Shown here: positions 19,163-29,653 of the stretch, one piece after another
Layout: each line of letters begins with the position of its first letter
How positions within the stretch are numbered: position 1 is the first letter of the stretch
Origin: Bdellovibrionales bacterium
GTDB taxonomy: Bacteria; Bdellovibrionota; Bdellovibrionia; Bdellovibrionales; CAYMLA01
Assembly: GCA_965217115.1 (NCBI GenBank)
Contig: OZ244239.1
Coordinates: 1,344,001-1,408,000, forward strand
DNA length: 64,000 nucleotides
Direction: 5' to 3'
The notes under the pieces: model-generated
What the model was told of the DNA's origin: nothing
The model's input: only the letters and a program-made list of their open reading frames with translations
The model's database searches: none
Program-made: the position numbers and the translations under genes

Positions 19163-19901
19163 TATTCTGCACAGTTCCTTCAACAAAAGACGGAGTTTGT
19201 TTTTGCGTGATACTACCAAAGCGTCGATGGCGTTTTCTGAAAGCAGCAAGAGCTTGATAAAGGTGTTTTTTTGTAAAATCAGGCCAATTCACATCAGTAA
19301 AGTACATTTCACTATATGCACATTGCCAGAGCAGAAAATTAGAAAGACGCATTTCGCCACTTGTACGAATAATTAAATCTGGAGAGGGAGTTGGGTGAGT
19401 CCAAAGATGACGAGAGAGGAGATCCTCATTGATATCGTTGATCTGAATTTTTTCTTCTTTGATTTGTACTGCTATTTTTCGGGTCGCTTGGACAATATCA
19501 GATTGGCCACCGTAGTTAAGGGCTAAGGTAAGCTCCATTCCCGTGTTATTAGCTGTTAAGTCGATGTTGTGTTGAACTTCCTTGATGATCTCCGCAGGGA
19601 GTTGTTCAAGTAAGCCAATGGACTTGAAGCGGATATTTTCTTTCATCAAAGTGTCGCGTTCACGCACAAGATGGCGGTTTAGTAGGCGCATTAACAAATT
19701 TATTTCTGTTTGAGGACGTCGCCAGTTCTCTGTGCTAAAAGTAAAAAGAGTGAGATATTTTATATTTCTTTCTGTGGCATATTGAATAATCTCTCGGGCC
19801 ACTTTAGCCCCCTTGATATGGCCAAAAGCACGATGTCTATGGCGTGCCTCAGCCCAACGCCCATTTCCATCCATAATGATTGCAATGTGCTTTGGGATCA
19901 T
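19146..19901 (-). CDS. uppS: Undecaprenyl diphosphate synthase
   Basis: HIAIIMDGNGRWA, FSTENWRRP, DLIIRTSGEMRLSNFLLWQ. Confidence 0.96.
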   Translation of the reverse strand: MIPKHIAIIMDGNGRWAEARHRHRAFGHIKGAKVAREIIQYATERNIKYLTLFTFSTENWRRPQTEINLLMRLLNRHLVRERDTLMKENIRFKSIGLLEQLPAEIIKEVQHNIDLTANNTGMELTLALNYGGQSDIVQATRKIAVQIKEEKIQINDINEDLLSRHLWTHPTPSPDLIIRTSGEMRLSNFLLWQCAYSEMYFTDVNWPDFTKKHLYQALAAFRKRHRRFGSITQKQTPSFVEGTVQNNDDFY

Positions 19902-19938
19902 AAAGTTCCTTTTGATCTCAATACTAAGAGTTACTAAA

Positions 19939-20496
19939 TTAAAGAGTCAGAATATCTTGTTCTTTTTTATCTGAGATAGTGTCTATTTTTTTAATATAAG
20001 AGTCAGTCAATTTCTGAACTTTTCCTGTTATGGACTTCTGCTCATCTTCACTAAGCTCTTTGCTCTTAAGGGCAGATTTTGAAATATCATTGGCTTCTCG
20101 ACGTGTCATGCGTATAGCAATACGAGCCTCTTCAGAAATTTTCTTGATAGTTTTAACCAGTTCTTTTCTTCTCTCTTCTGTGACGTCAGGAACTTTTAGG
20201 CGAATAACTTTTCCGTCATTGATGGGTGACATTCCTAAATCACTTTTAACAAGAGCCATTTCTATATCTTTAAGAACAGCGGCTTCCCATGGGGCAATCA
20301 TAAAAGACTTGGCGTCGGGACAAGAGACAGAAGCTACTTGGCTTAAAGGGGTCGGGCTACCGTAGTAATTAACTTTTACGGTGTCTAACATAGAAGCATT
20401 CGCTTTTCCTGTGCGAACTTTTTTTAGCTCAGAGCCAAGAGACACTATAGCTTTTTCCATTTTTTCTTTTGAATTTTCTTCTAGGTTTTCAAGCAC
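19939..20496 (-). CDS. frr: Ribosome recycling factor
   Basis: VRTGKAN, YYGSPTPLSQVA, TEERRKELVK; canonical position after pyrH. Confidence 0.96.
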   Translation of the reverse strand: MLENLEENSKEKMEKAIVSLGSELKKVRTGKANASMLDTVKVNYYGSPTPLSQVASVSCPDAKSFMIAPWEAAVLKDIEMALVKSDLGMSPINDGKVIRLKVPDVTEERRKELVKTIKKISEEARIAIRMTRREANDISKSALKSKELSEDEQKSITGKVQKLTDSYIKKIDTISDKKEQDILTL

Positions 20497-20527
20497 GGGT
20501 AATCTCCTTTTTTATTTATCAAATAAT

Positions 20528-21238
20528 TTATTTAATAGTAGTTCCTATCTCTTCTCCTGAAATAGCTTTGAGGATATTACCAGGAGTGTTTAAGTTAAAG
20601 GTGATAATAGGAAGTTTATTATTCATACATAAAGAAACGGCAGTAGAATCCATAACTTCGAGTCCTTTGTTAAGAACATCAATATAGGAAAGTTGACTAA
20701 ATTTAACGGCATCACTATGAGTCACGGGATCTTTATCATAAATGCCATCGACTTTTGTTGCTTTTAAAATCACATCAGCATTGATTTCCATAGCGCGTAA
20801 TGCGGCGGCTGTATCTGTTGTAAAGTAAGGGTTGCCTGTGCCGGCACCAAAAATCACGACTCGTCCCTTTTTTAAGTGACGCATAGCACGTCGTCGAATA
20901 TATGGTTCGGCAATTTCTGCCATTTGGATAGCTGTTTGTACACGTGTTTGTACTCCATCTTTTTCGAGAGCATCTTGAAGGGCAAGGGCGTTAATGCATG
21001 TTGCAAGCATTCCCATGTAATCGGAGCTAGAGCGATCCATGCCTTCCGCAGAAGCGGCAACACCACGAAAAATATTTCCGCCACCAATGACAATACCAAT
21101 TTCAACGCCTGTGCGAGAAGCACCCCCGACGTCTTTTGCAATACGCCGAATGACGGTGGTGTTTATTCCAGTACCCTGCTCTCCTCCGAGAGCTTCGCCA
21201 CTCAATTTTAATAGAACACGATGATATTTTTTCCCCAA
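20528..21238 (-). CDS. pyrH: UMP kinase
   Basis: [37 protein letters not shown]. Confidence 0.97.
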   Translation of the reverse strand: MGKKYHRVLLKLSGEALGGEQGTGINTTVIRRIAKDVGGASRTGVEIGIVIGGGNIFRGVAASAEGMDRSSSDYMGMLATCINALALQDALEKDGVQTRVQTAIQMAEIAEPYIRRRAMRHLKKGRVVIFGAGTGNPYFTTDTAAALRAMEINADVILKATKVDGIYDKDPVTHSDAVKFSQLSYIDVLNKGLEVMDSTAVSLCMNNKLPIITFNLNTPGNILKAISGEEIGTTIK

Positions 21239-21258
21239 GTGAACTCCTGTTAAATTAT

Positions 21259-21909
21259 CTAGTGCTGCTGAGTAACGGCAGCAACTTCGTCGGCAAAGTT
21301 TTCCTCTTTTTTTGCAAGACCCTCGCCTAATTCAAAACGAGCAAAACGACGGATATCGAGTTTTTCACCAATTTTAACAACCATGTTGTTGAGATGTTCT
21401 TCGACGGTTACATCTGTGTTTTTAACAAACGTTTGTTTTAATAAACATTGTTGTGCAATCCATTTGTTGATTTGACCATCAACGATCTTTCCGATGATCT
21501 CTTCTTTTTTTCCCTCTTCTTTGGCCTTGGTCGTTAAGAAAATTCTTTCTTTTGAAATGAGGTCAGAGGAGAGATCCTCTTCTCTAACGGCTAGTGGAGC
21601 TGTTGCAGCAATGTGCATGGCAATATCCTTAGCAAAATCTTGAAAATCTTTGTTGCGAGCAACGAAGTCTGTCTCTGAATTGACTTCAACCATAACTCCA
21701 ACACGGCCGCCGTGCATATAGGTTTGTACAATACCTTCGGAAGCAATGCGGCCAGATTTTTTTGCAGCCTTAGCAAGACCTTTTGTGCGTAACCAATCGG
21801 CAGCTTGATCAAAATCTCCAGACGCTTCTTGCAAAGCTTTTTTGCAATCCAACATTCCAGCACCTGTTCTTGCGCGTAATTCTTTAACCTGACTTGCAGT
21901 AATAGACAT
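21259..21909 (-). CDS. tsf: Elongation factor Ts (short form)
   Basis: [36 protein letters not shown]. Confidence 0.97.
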   Translation of the reverse strand: MSITASQVKELRARTGAGMLDCKKALQEASGDFDQAADWLRTKGLAKAAKKSGRIASEGIVQTYMHGGRVGVMVEVNSETDFVARNKDFQDFAKDIAMHIAATAPLAVREEDLSSDLISKERIFLTTKAKEEGKKEEIIGKIVDGQINKWIAQQCLLKQTFVKNTDVTVEEHLNNMVVKIGEKLDIRRFARFELGEGLAKKEENFADEVAAVTQQH

Positions 21910-21940
21910 CTTTTACTCCCTAAGGATTTTTTATTAAAGG

Positions 21941-22939
21941 TTATTTTTTTTCTTCGACGTTATCTTTGATAGAGGTTTTTGTTTTTTCTCCAGTCTCGCT
22001 AGGTGCTTCCGTTGTTGGGTTGGCTTCAGCTTCGAGTTTTTTAAGCTCTCTATCGGCTAACTCACGGGCCACCTCCTCTTGTATTTCAACATCTTCGGCT
22101 GTCCCCGCTGCGACAAGTTTTCTTGCCTTGGTAACGGTCACAACGGCTGGTCCACTGGAGGTGTCTGCCCCACGTTTTCCCCGCGTTTTAACTTCTGCTT
22201 TTTTAGGAGTGCTTGAAAGAACTTCTTTGTCTCCTAATTCACGAAGCTTAGCTTGGTAGTTTTTTGCGCCTTCGTTGTAGGCTTCAGCAATGTGATTGGC
22301 AAAAAGATTAATAGAACGAATGGCATCATCATTTCCAGGAATAGGAAATTCAACTGTTCCGGGGTCAGAGTTAGTGTCAGCAATTCCGATAACGGGAATA
22401 CCGAGTTTTTTAGCTTCGGCAACGGCGATATGCTCTTTGTTGAGATCAACAACAAACAAAGCGCCTGGCGCACCGTTCATATCGCGAATTCCGCCTAAAT
22501 AATCAGAGAGGCGGGTGTAATCTTTTTCAATTTTTGAACGTTCTTTTTTAGAAAAAAGATCAAGATCACCATCTTCACGCATCTTATCGATTTTTTTTAG
22601 GCGTGTGATACTAGATTTAATAGTGGCGAAGTTAGTTAAGGTTCCACCGAGCCAGCGTTTAGTTATAAAATATTGGCTACATTTTTCGGCAGCGTCTTGG
22701 ATTGGGCCAATAGCCTGTTTTTTTGTTCCTACAAAAATAATAGATTGTCCCTTTGCGGCCATCTTTTCCACAAACTGGGCTGCTGTCTGTGCGTAATTGA
22801 CGGTTTTTTGCAGATCAATAATATGGATTCCCCCACGAACCGTGTACACATAGTTTTTCATTTTGGGGTTCCAGCGAGCTGTTTGGTGTCCAAAGTGGAC
22901 GCCAGCGTCGAGCATTTCTTTCATAGAAATTTGAGTCAT
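21941..22939 (-). CDS. rpsB: 30S ribosomal protein S2 with C-terminal extension
   Basis: AGVHFGHQT.RWNPKM, RWLGGTLTN, DTNSDP, IPGNDDAIRSI. Confidence 0.97.
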   Translation of the reverse strand: MTQISMKEMLDAGVHFGHQTARWNPKMKNYVYTVRGGIHIIDLQKTVNYAQTAAQFVEKMAAKGQSIIFVGTKKQAIGPIQDAAEKCSQYFITKRWLGGTLTNFATIKSSITRLKKIDKMREDGDLDLFSKKERSKIEKDYTRLSDYLGGIRDMNGAPGALFVVDLNKEHIAVAEAKKLGIPVIGIADTNSDPGTVEFPIPGNDDAIRSINLFANHIAEAYNEGAKNYQAKLRELGDKEVLSSTPKKAEVKTRGKRGADTSSGPAVVTVTKARKLVAAGTAEDVEIQEEVARELADRELKKLEAEANPTTEAPSETGEKTKTSIKDNVEEKK

Positions 22940-23020
22940 AAATTACCTCTGGTTAAGCCTCCTCCTCGAAATGTAATTCAGACCAGGGTCATGAACACCA
23001 GGGTTATCAAGGAGTGAGTA
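22940..23020 (-). promoter_or_regulatory. Putative rpsB (S2) autoregulatory leader
   Basis: Minus strand reads actcactcc...ccctggtgttcatgaccctggtc...GGAGGCTTAACCagaggtaattt-ATG. GGAGGCNTAACC resembles the conserved element of proteobacterial rpsB leaders. Confidence 0.55.
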
Positions 23021-23033
23021 GTTAATAATTATC

Positions 23034-24173
23034 TCAAGGGTTTAGCATATTTTTTGTACTAGGGGCAACCCCTATTAGAGAGCTTAATGCTATTTGTGCC
23101 CTTTCAATAGCCCCTTCAACTCCACGATAGGCACTGAGTTGAGGTGAGGCTAAAAAGAGGGAAAGACCTTCTTTAAGCACTTGATTTTCCTCGGAATTCA
23201 GTCCTTCTAGGGGAGATGTGTCTTCAATAAAAAGCAGCTTATCATCGATGATCGTTTTTAAAGCTTCAGGAAAAAGACGTTTGACCTGTTTTTTTATTTT
23301 TTTGACAGTGTTTCCTGCCACTTCATGATTCTCATTGGAGGGGTAGAAAGTTGTCCAACTAGAAGTGTGTGGGTCTAGGAAATGTCCCCAAACAACCCCT
23401 GTGGTGTCATTTTTTTCACTGATTGGCATGATAAAAGTATTTTGCCCATCGTAAATTGGTTCAGAATGCTTTACATTCCAGTGCAAAGTTCCCCAGAGAG
23501 GAGTCTTCATAATTTTTTGTAAAGACCGTGGTTTTAATGAATCAGAAGAGAGGGTTTGCACGAGTTTTTTTAGCGGTAAACAAGAGAAGTAATTTTTTGC
23601 TGTGTAAAAAAGATGACCATTGACATGAATTCCCTGAATTTGCTGGGCCTGGGTTTCAATTTTGGTGAGATGGGAATTTGGGAAAAAGTCCCCTTTGAAT
23701 TCTTTGGTTAAAGTATTGATCCAATCTTGAGGTGTGAGTTTTAAATGTGTAATCTTTTTTTCAAGATGAGGTTTTAGTTCAGCGTAAAAAGAAGGTGGAT
23801 TACCGGCAAAGCCTAAAAAAGGCAATATTCGATCCTTGTCTAGTGTTAGAGGCGGAAGCTCCTGCTGCTCTCCGAGAATTTCTTTGTTAAGAAATTTTTC
23901 TAGCCACTTTAAGTGTTCTAATGTTTTGTTTTGTAGGGGAAGAGTATTTTTGTTGCAAAATCTTGTGGTTCCCCCAGCTTGATCTCGACTGTCAATGAGC
24001 GCAACAGAGAAACCTCTTTTTTCCAGGCCATAAGCAATAAGAAGACCCTCAAGATCAGCTCCGAGAACGATGCAATCATAAGAGCGAGTCTTTTTTTTAC
24101 TGCGAGGTTGTTTTTCATTAGTTTTCTTTTCTTCATTGTGAATGAGTGTTGTCATGGTTTTACGATGATCCAT
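23034..24173 (-). CDS. NAD(P)/FAD-binding-fold hypothetical protein (degenerate Rossmann motif)
   Basis: YDCIVLGADLEGLLIAYGL...VALIDSRDQAGG. Confidence 0.65.
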   Translation of the reverse strand: MDHRKTMTTLIHNEEKKTNEKQPRSKKKTRSYDCIVLGADLEGLLIAYGLEKRGFSVALIDSRDQAGGTTRFCNKNTLPLQNKTLEHLKWLEKFLNKEILGEQQELPPLTLDKDRILPFLGFAGNPPSFYAELKPHLEKKITHLKLTPQDWINTLTKEFKGDFFPNSHLTKIETQAQQIQGIHVNGHLFYTAKNYFSCLPLKKLVQTLSSDSLKPRSLQKIMKTPLWGTLHWNVKHSEPIYDGQNTFIMPISEKNDTTGVVWGHFLDPHTSSWTTFYPSNENHEVAGNTVKKIKKQVKRLFPEALKTIIDDKLLFIEDTSPLEGLNSEENQVLKEGLSLFLASPQLSAYRGVEGAIERAQIALSSLIGVAPSTKNMLNP

Positions 24174-24319
24174 GATTTTATAGAAAGCAAGGGAAAACAG
24201 TCGTTATTTTTGATATTGCTCTGCTAATAGGCATTGCATGACGGGTAAGATCTGGATAAAGAGGGTTTAAGAACTTAGTTTAGAAAATGTCGGTCGTGGT
24301 ATCGATTGTGTTTTTATAA

Positions 24320-26392
24320 TTACAAAAAACTTATAGGGTCGACATCAATCATAACTTTGGTTGTAGATTCGATCCACTTGCCGTCACTGAGAACTTGAGA
24401 ACAAAAAGTTCTCAGCGTTTGTGAAGATGAAGACTTTGTTAATAGGTGGAAGCGATGTTGTCCACGTAGACGTGCAAGAGGTGCTTCGACGGGTCCTAAA
24501 ACAGTGATGGAAGCAAATTGAGGGTACTTGTCTTTGAGTATTTGAATGCGTGAGCTGAGTTTTTTGAGGGATGTCTTAACTTTGTCCATATGCAAACCTT
24601 GAATACGGATGGAGCAGATTTTTTCAAAAGGAGGATACTTAAGTTCATCACGATTGGAAAGTTCCTCTTGAGCAAACCCCTTAAAGTCATGAAGAAGAGC
24701 GTGTTTAAGACAAGGGTGGGAGGGGTTGTAGGTTTGGACAATTACTTTTCCAGGAAGTTCGTTTTTTTGAATGTGCCTTCCAGCTCTCCCGCTGACTTGG
24801 CAAATTAGTTGAAAACTTCTCTCAGCAGCACGAAAATCAGGAAGGTTAAAACCAACATCAGCGAGAACAACTCCAACAAGTGTGAGATCAGGAAAGTCTA
24901 GGCCTTTAGCAATCATCTGAGTGCCGATGATGATATCAACGTCTTTGTTTTCAACTTCTTGTATGAACCTTTCCATGTCTTCACGGGAGTTGATTTCATC
25001 TCGATCGGCTCGACTGATACGTGCTGTTGGAAAGAGAGTTTGTATATTTTTTTCAATAAGCTCCGTGCCTGTTCCGAGAGGTTGTAGTTCTCCTTCTTTA
25101 CAGTCAGGACAGTTTTCGTGTAGGCTATCGTGGTAACCGCAGTAGTGGCAAATTAGGTTTGAGCGACTGTGAAGAGTCAGGCTGACGGCGCAATCAGGAC
25201 ATTCGTAGACATAGCCACAGTCTTTACAGTGGACAACCTGTGCCACTCCTCGTCGGTTGAGAAACAAAGCGCTTTGCTTATTTTGTTTTAAATTTTCCTT
25301 AAGAGCTTGATAAAGCTGGTGGCTTAGCCAAAAAGGAAGCTCTTCTTCTTTTGAGGTTTGGTTGTCTTCCTCGTTCTTACGCATAGGTATGATTTCTATT
25401 TTTGGCATTGGGCGATTATTGACACGTTTTTCCATGGAGTGAAGTTGATATATTCCTTTTTTTGAATTTTGCCAAGATTCTAAACTAGGGGTTGCTGAGC
25501 CAAGAACAATTGGACAATTTAGTTTCTTTGCAATAACAACGGCAGCATCTCTTGCGTGGTATTTGAGTTTTTCATTTTGTTTAAAGCTAGGTTCGTGCTC
25601 TTCATCAATAATAATAATCCCTAAAGAAGCAATAGGGCAAAACAGAGCGGATCTTGCTCCAATGAGAATATTTTTCTTATTATCAACGATCTCCCACCAT
25701 TGGTTTGTTTTTTCTCGTGGAGTGAGGTGTGAATGTATAACGGCGATCTGTTGACCAAACCGCGCGTGAAACCTTTGTACAAGTTGAGGAGTGAGTGAGA
25801 TTTCTGGAACAAGAACAAGCCCTTTTTTTCCTTGAGAGAGGGTTTTTTCTAAAAGATTGAGATAAACTTCCGTCTTTCCTGAGCCAGTAACTCCGTGAAC
25901 AAGATGCACGTTAAATTTGTTGAGTGATTGAGCCATATCATTAGTTACTTTTTGTTGTTCACCTGTAAGTTTAGGAATCACTGGGTTTTTTTCTGAAGAG
26001 CATTCAACCCCTTCTGTCGTTTTTATGATGGGAGATTTACGAGTTTTGTTGCGAAGAGTTCCTTTTTTTAAGGGAGGAAAAGAGAGATGACAGGTTTGTC
26101 CAATGGGGTAGAGATAATAATTAGAAACCCATGTGAGCCATGAGATGTGAACTGATGATAGAGGTGGGAAGTCTTCTTGTAGAGATGAAATGGGCTTTAG
26201 CTTATAGTTACCCTTGTCTTTGGTTGTGCCAATGATAACACCATCAAGCTGTCTTTTTCCGAGAGGAACTTTGACTCTAAGGCCTATGGGGTTGTTGGGT
26301 AGACTCTGTTCTGGCGGTAAGTAGGTAAGAGGTTCTTTGAGTGGCGCATTGACAGCGACAACTAGATAAATAGAACCAGAATTTTGATTCAT
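24320..26392 (-). CDS. priA: Primosomal protein N'
   Basis: GVTGSGKTEVY, LVPEISLTPQ, IDEEHE, SATPSLES, CxxC zinc motifs, GTQMIAKGLDF, QVSGRAGR. Confidence 0.97.
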   Translation of the reverse strand: MNQNSGSIYLVVAVNAPLKEPLTYLPPEQSLPNNPIGLRVKVPLGKRQLDGVIIGTTKDKGNYKLKPISSLQEDFPPLSSVHISWLTWVSNYYLYPIGQTCHLSFPPLKKGTLRNKTRKSPIIKTTEGVECSSEKNPVIPKLTGEQQKVTNDMAQSLNKFNVHLVHGVTGSGKTEVYLNLLEKTLSQGKKGLVLVPEISLTPQLVQRFHARFGQQIAVIHSHLTPREKTNQWWEIVDNKKNILIGARSALFCPIASLGIIIIDEEHEPSFKQNEKLKYHARDAAVVIAKKLNCPIVLGSATPSLESWQNSKKGIYQLHSMEKRVNNRPMPKIEIIPMRKNEEDNQTSKEEELPFWLSHQLYQALKENLKQNKQSALFLNRRGVAQVVHCKDCGYVYECPDCAVSLTLHSRSNLICHYCGYHDSLHENCPDCKEGELQPLGTGTELIEKNIQTLFPTARISRADRDEINSREDMERFIQEVENKDVDIIIGTQMIAKGLDFPDLTLVGVVLADVGFNLPDFRAAERSFQLICQVSGRAGRHIQKNELPGKVIVQTYNPSHPCLKHALLHDFKGFAQEELSNRDELKYPPFEKICSIRIQGLHMDKVKTSLKKLSSRIQILKDKYPQFASITVLGPVEAPLARLRGQHRFHLLTKSSSSQTLRTFCSQVLSDGKWIESTTKVMIDVDPISFL

Positions 26393-26395
26393 AAA

Positions 26396-27280
26396 CTATC
26401 TGAACCTTCGATAAAAATTAAGGATAAGATTTTTATTTGGAGCATTCTGAAGCCCTTCGATTTTGGTTGGTTGGTTGAGGTTTTCTGTTGAGAATTTATT
26501 TTTTAGTATTTTACTAGATGTTTTATTCTTTACTGAAATGAGTTGAATCTTGTACTGTCTGTCGTGCCACTGAATATAACGTATTTTAGGAAAATAAAGA
26601 TTTTTAGAATATTGAGAGAAGGAGGAGCTTGTTATCTCCGCCCCTGATTTTAGACGTAATTTTCTTAGTACAAAGTGATCTTGTTCTATCCATGCTCCAG
26701 GCAATAGGTTCTTCTGGGTTGATGGTGTTCCGTAGCCGTAGGCCACAACACCACTGACACGGGTTAATCTGGAAAAAGGTTCATAGACGTAGCCAGTTTC
26801 GCTAAGGTCACTTGGTTCGTAGGAATTCATAAGAAAGGACGGAGGAAGGATGTTTTGTTTTTTTAATCTATGGGCAAATTTTTCCAATGAGCGGTAGTGA
26901 AAAAAATTTTCTATAAAATCTGAAGAAATTTCGTGGGAGATGTTTTTTTTAGATGAATCGATGGAATAACGATGGCCCTTTTTATAAAGGTATTCAAAAA
27001 AAATGGTCTTCTTCCACTCGCGAGTTCCAGTGACGGTTAAGTGCATGGAGTCTTCACTCTCTATGAGCCAAACTTCGCGGAGTGTAAAATTATTAAAAAG
27101 ACCAAGGTTTGTAGCTTCGTTAGGAAAGGAGACCTCTTGTTCAATTTCATAAATCCCAGACCCATGTCTCTTAACCGCTCTGCTTAAAATAGTTTTAGCT
27201 GAGGGAATATAAGAAAAGCAAAAACAGGGAAGAATCATTAATGTGAAAAAAAAGAAGAGTTTTTTTCTTAGAGCGATCAT
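26396..27280 (-). CDS. Hypothetical exported protein
   Basis: 294-aa ORF with a signal peptide, overlapping the galU stop and abutting priA. Confidence 0.7.
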   Translation of the reverse strand: MIALRKKLFFFFTLMILPCFCFSYIPSAKTILSRAVKRHGSGIYEIEQEVSFPNEATNLGLFNNFTLREVWLIESEDSMHLTVTGTREWKKTIFFEYLYKKGHRYSIDSSKKNISHEISSDFIENFFHYRSLEKFAHRLKKQNILPPSFLMNSYEPSDLSETGYVYEPFSRLTRVSGVVAYGYGTPSTQKNLLPGAWIEQDHFVLRKLRLKSGAEITSSSFSQYSKNLYFPKIRYIQWHDRQYKIQLISVKNKTSSKILKNKFSTENLNQPTKIEGLQNAPNKNLILNFYRRFR

Positions 27281-28149
27281 TTTCCCACCAGACCTTTTAA
27301 ATATTTTTTAAGGGGTTGTTCAAGGGTTGTGTCTTTTAAGGCAAATTCTATGTTGGCCTGAAGATAGCCAAGTTTATCTCCAGCATCATATCTTTGTGAA
27401 GTAAAAGTTTGGGCAAGGAGGCCTTCATTTTCTGCTAGTTGCACCATGGCATCGGTCAGCTGAATTTCACCATTTTTCCCAGGAGAGGTTTTTTCAAGAT
27501 AGCTAAAAATGCGATTATCAAAAACATATCGTCCAGGTAGAGCGAGATTGCTTGGAGCTTTGTCGGCAGAGGGTTTTTCGATAACATTTAGAACTTTGTA
27601 TTGGTTTTTTTCTTCAGAAAAAGATTCAACAGTGACGACGCCGTATTTACTGATGTTTTCTGGAGAAATTTCCATAACAGCGACGGAGGAAATTCCCGTA
27701 TCGGAGAAGGTTTGACAAAGCTCTTGGGTGACGGTTGGGGGAGAGATGATTTCATCTCCGAGAAGAACAGCAAAGGGGTCTTTGCCAATAACAGACTGAC
27801 CACAATAGACGGCATGGCCGAGACCCTTGGCTTCTTTTTGACGAACACTGATGATATTAACTTTATTTCGAATATCATGGATTTTTTTAAGTTCATTTAT
27901 CTTCCCTGCTTTGATGAGCTTATCTTCTAACTCGTAACTGGTATCAAAAAAATCTTCTATGGCAGACTTGCCTCTTCCTGTGATTAAGACAATATCTTCA
28001 ATTCCAGCTTGCAAGGCCTCTTCAATGACGTAGAGGATAATAGGAGTGTCGACAATGGGAAACATCTCTTTAGGGATCGTTTTGCTGGCGGGAAGAAAAC
28101 GAGTTCCTAGGCCAGCGGCGGGGATAAGGGCTTTTTTTATTTTTCTCAT
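27277..28149 (-). CDS. galU: UTP--glucose-1-phosphate uridylyltransferase (start revised to ATG at 28149)
   Basis: KALIPAAGLGTRFLPASK.IPKEM, GLGHAV, PFAVLLGD, GEIQLTDA, RYDAG.KLGYL. Confidence 0.95.
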   Translation of the reverse strand: MRKIKKALIPAAGLGTRFLPASKTIPKEMFPIVDTPIILYVIEEALQAGIEDIVLITGRGKSAIEDFFDTSYELEDKLIKAGKINELKKIHDIRNKVNIISVRQKEAKGLGHAVYCGQSVIGKDPFAVLLGDEIISPPTVTQELCQTFSDTGISSVAVMEISPENISKYGVVTVESFSEEKNQYKVLNVIEKPSADKAPSNLALPGRYVFDNRIFSYLEKTSPGKNGEIQLTDAMVQLAENEGLLAQTFTSQRYDAGDKLGYLQANIEFALKDTTLEQPLKKYLKGLVGK

Positions 28150-28359
28150 GGGGTCAAGAAACCATAAAACATCCTTGGAGGCAATGAAACAGACTTTTGT
28201 CTGGGAGAGAAGCATTTAAGCGTGTTTTAAGCAGATCTAAAGGTGTCCTTCCTAGACATGAGTCTGTCTCAAAACGAGAAAAACAAGTTTTTTTTAGGAG
28301 TGTTGATCTCAGAGTGGGGGGGGATGTGTTAGGCTAGATATAAGGCCTTGAGGGGGGAT

Positions 28360-29601
28360 ATGATTTTAAAAATAAGAACGGCTTCTATGGTTTTGGCAGC
28401 TATTTTTTTGATAGTGACGTTTCAGAACTGTGGAGGGCCTTTAAATCAAAATATAGATATTCTTGCCGGGAAAGTGAAGAAATACGCGGACGCTCCTTTT
28501 GCTTTTAAGTCTGACATTGATCAAATAACTTATATGTCTTGTAGTAAGCCATCTGCTCCACGGGCCGAAGGTGCTAGTGTGAATACTTTTTTTACGTTCA
28601 AAGTGGGAGCTTATGGTTCGTCAGGAGTTAAGATACGTGAGGATTTTTCTCTTTATGTTAATAACAAGCATTATCCTATTGGTCTGAACAAGACCAATCT
28701 CAAAGACTCTCTTGTGTACAGCGAAAGAAACAACGGTGCTTCTTTACAGCTGGCGGTGCGTCCCCGTAGTAATATCAGAGATGTGGTGCATTCTTCTTCA
28801 GGAAATCCTACGTCAGGGATGGATTATGTCAATCTTTGGCCTTCTTTGACGACGGATACAATTGTCGATAATTTTATAAAAGCAGGGAGTGATAATAAGA
28901 TTAATTACATTGTCGGAGGTCGAGGGATTGGTCAAAGGAGAATAGAAGGGGGAATTGTTTTTAATACAGACGCCGGACTTGAGACTGATGTGAGGGCAGC
29001 GCTGACGAACAATGCTTATCTAACACTTACGTATTCGACACCAGAAGATCGTGCTTCGGCGGAGAGTGATGTTGCGGCCCGTTCACCATCGCATTTTGGA
29101 GAGACGTCGAGCAAAAGAGTTTGGGGACAGGCGTTTCAAGTGGATTTTCTAAATCTCGGGCATGTGTCCAGCCCCAGCCGAGTTTTGAATTCTGTGCGTC
29201 AGTTGGAGCTAGATGATGAAGACGGCCCTAAATACAGCGAAGGTGTGAGTTGGAGTTGTCCATCAAGTCTGCGATTAACAATTGTTAGTCCCCTTGATGC
29301 TAACGATAAGATCGACGGAGAAACGACGCTGCCTGGACTGTGTCCGACGGGAGATGATGGAAGTCAAATAACGAGTAGTAATGAATCGGTTTTTAGAACA
29401 ATTCGCCATCACTTACGGTCAGAAGATTGGTATGTGAATCTTACGGGTCTCGATGGAAATCCGTGTATTGTGCCTAAAGCTGGCAAAGGTGATATCTGTT
29501 ATAGTCGTAATTACCCTGTGGAATATGGAACAGGAGAGTGTGGTCCAGAAAAAACTGTAGATTGTGCCCATTTTGTGAGTATTTGCACTCGAAATGATTG
29601 A
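28360..29601 (+). CDS. Hypothetical cysteine-rich lipoprotein (FQNC lipobox)
   Basis: Signal peptide ending VTFQNC; Cys-rich C terminus (CIVPK...CAHFVSICTR); ATG at 28360 after gagggggg. Confidence 0.75.
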   Translation: MILKIRTASMVLAAIFLIVTFQNCGGPLNQNIDILAGKVKKYADAPFAFKSDIDQITYMSCSKPSAPRAEGASVNTFFTFKVGAYGSSGVKIREDFSLYVNNKHYPIGLNKTNLKDSLVYSERNNGASLQLAVRPRSNIRDVVHSSSGNPTSGMDYVNLWPSLTTDTIVDNFIKAGSDNKINYIVGGRGIGQRRIEGGIVFNTDAGLETDVRAALTNNAYLTLTYSTPEDRASAESDVAARSPSHFGETSSKRVWGQAFQVDFLNLGHVSSPSRVLNSVRQLELDDEDGPKYSEGVSWSCPSSLRLTIVSPLDANDKIDGETTLPGLCPTGDDGSQITSSNESVFRTIRHHLRSEDWYVNLTGLDGNPCIVPKAGKGDICYSRNYPVEYGTGECGPEKTVDCAHFVSICTRND

Positions 29602-29653
29602 TTCCTTTATAGAGATTTAATGCTCACCCGCAGTGAGAACGAAAAAAGCGTTT

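Noticed and set aside
28262..28280. gtctcaaaacgaga palindrome upstream of the FQNC lipoprotein
   Set aside because: Only a 4-bp stem; too weak to call from a single instance.
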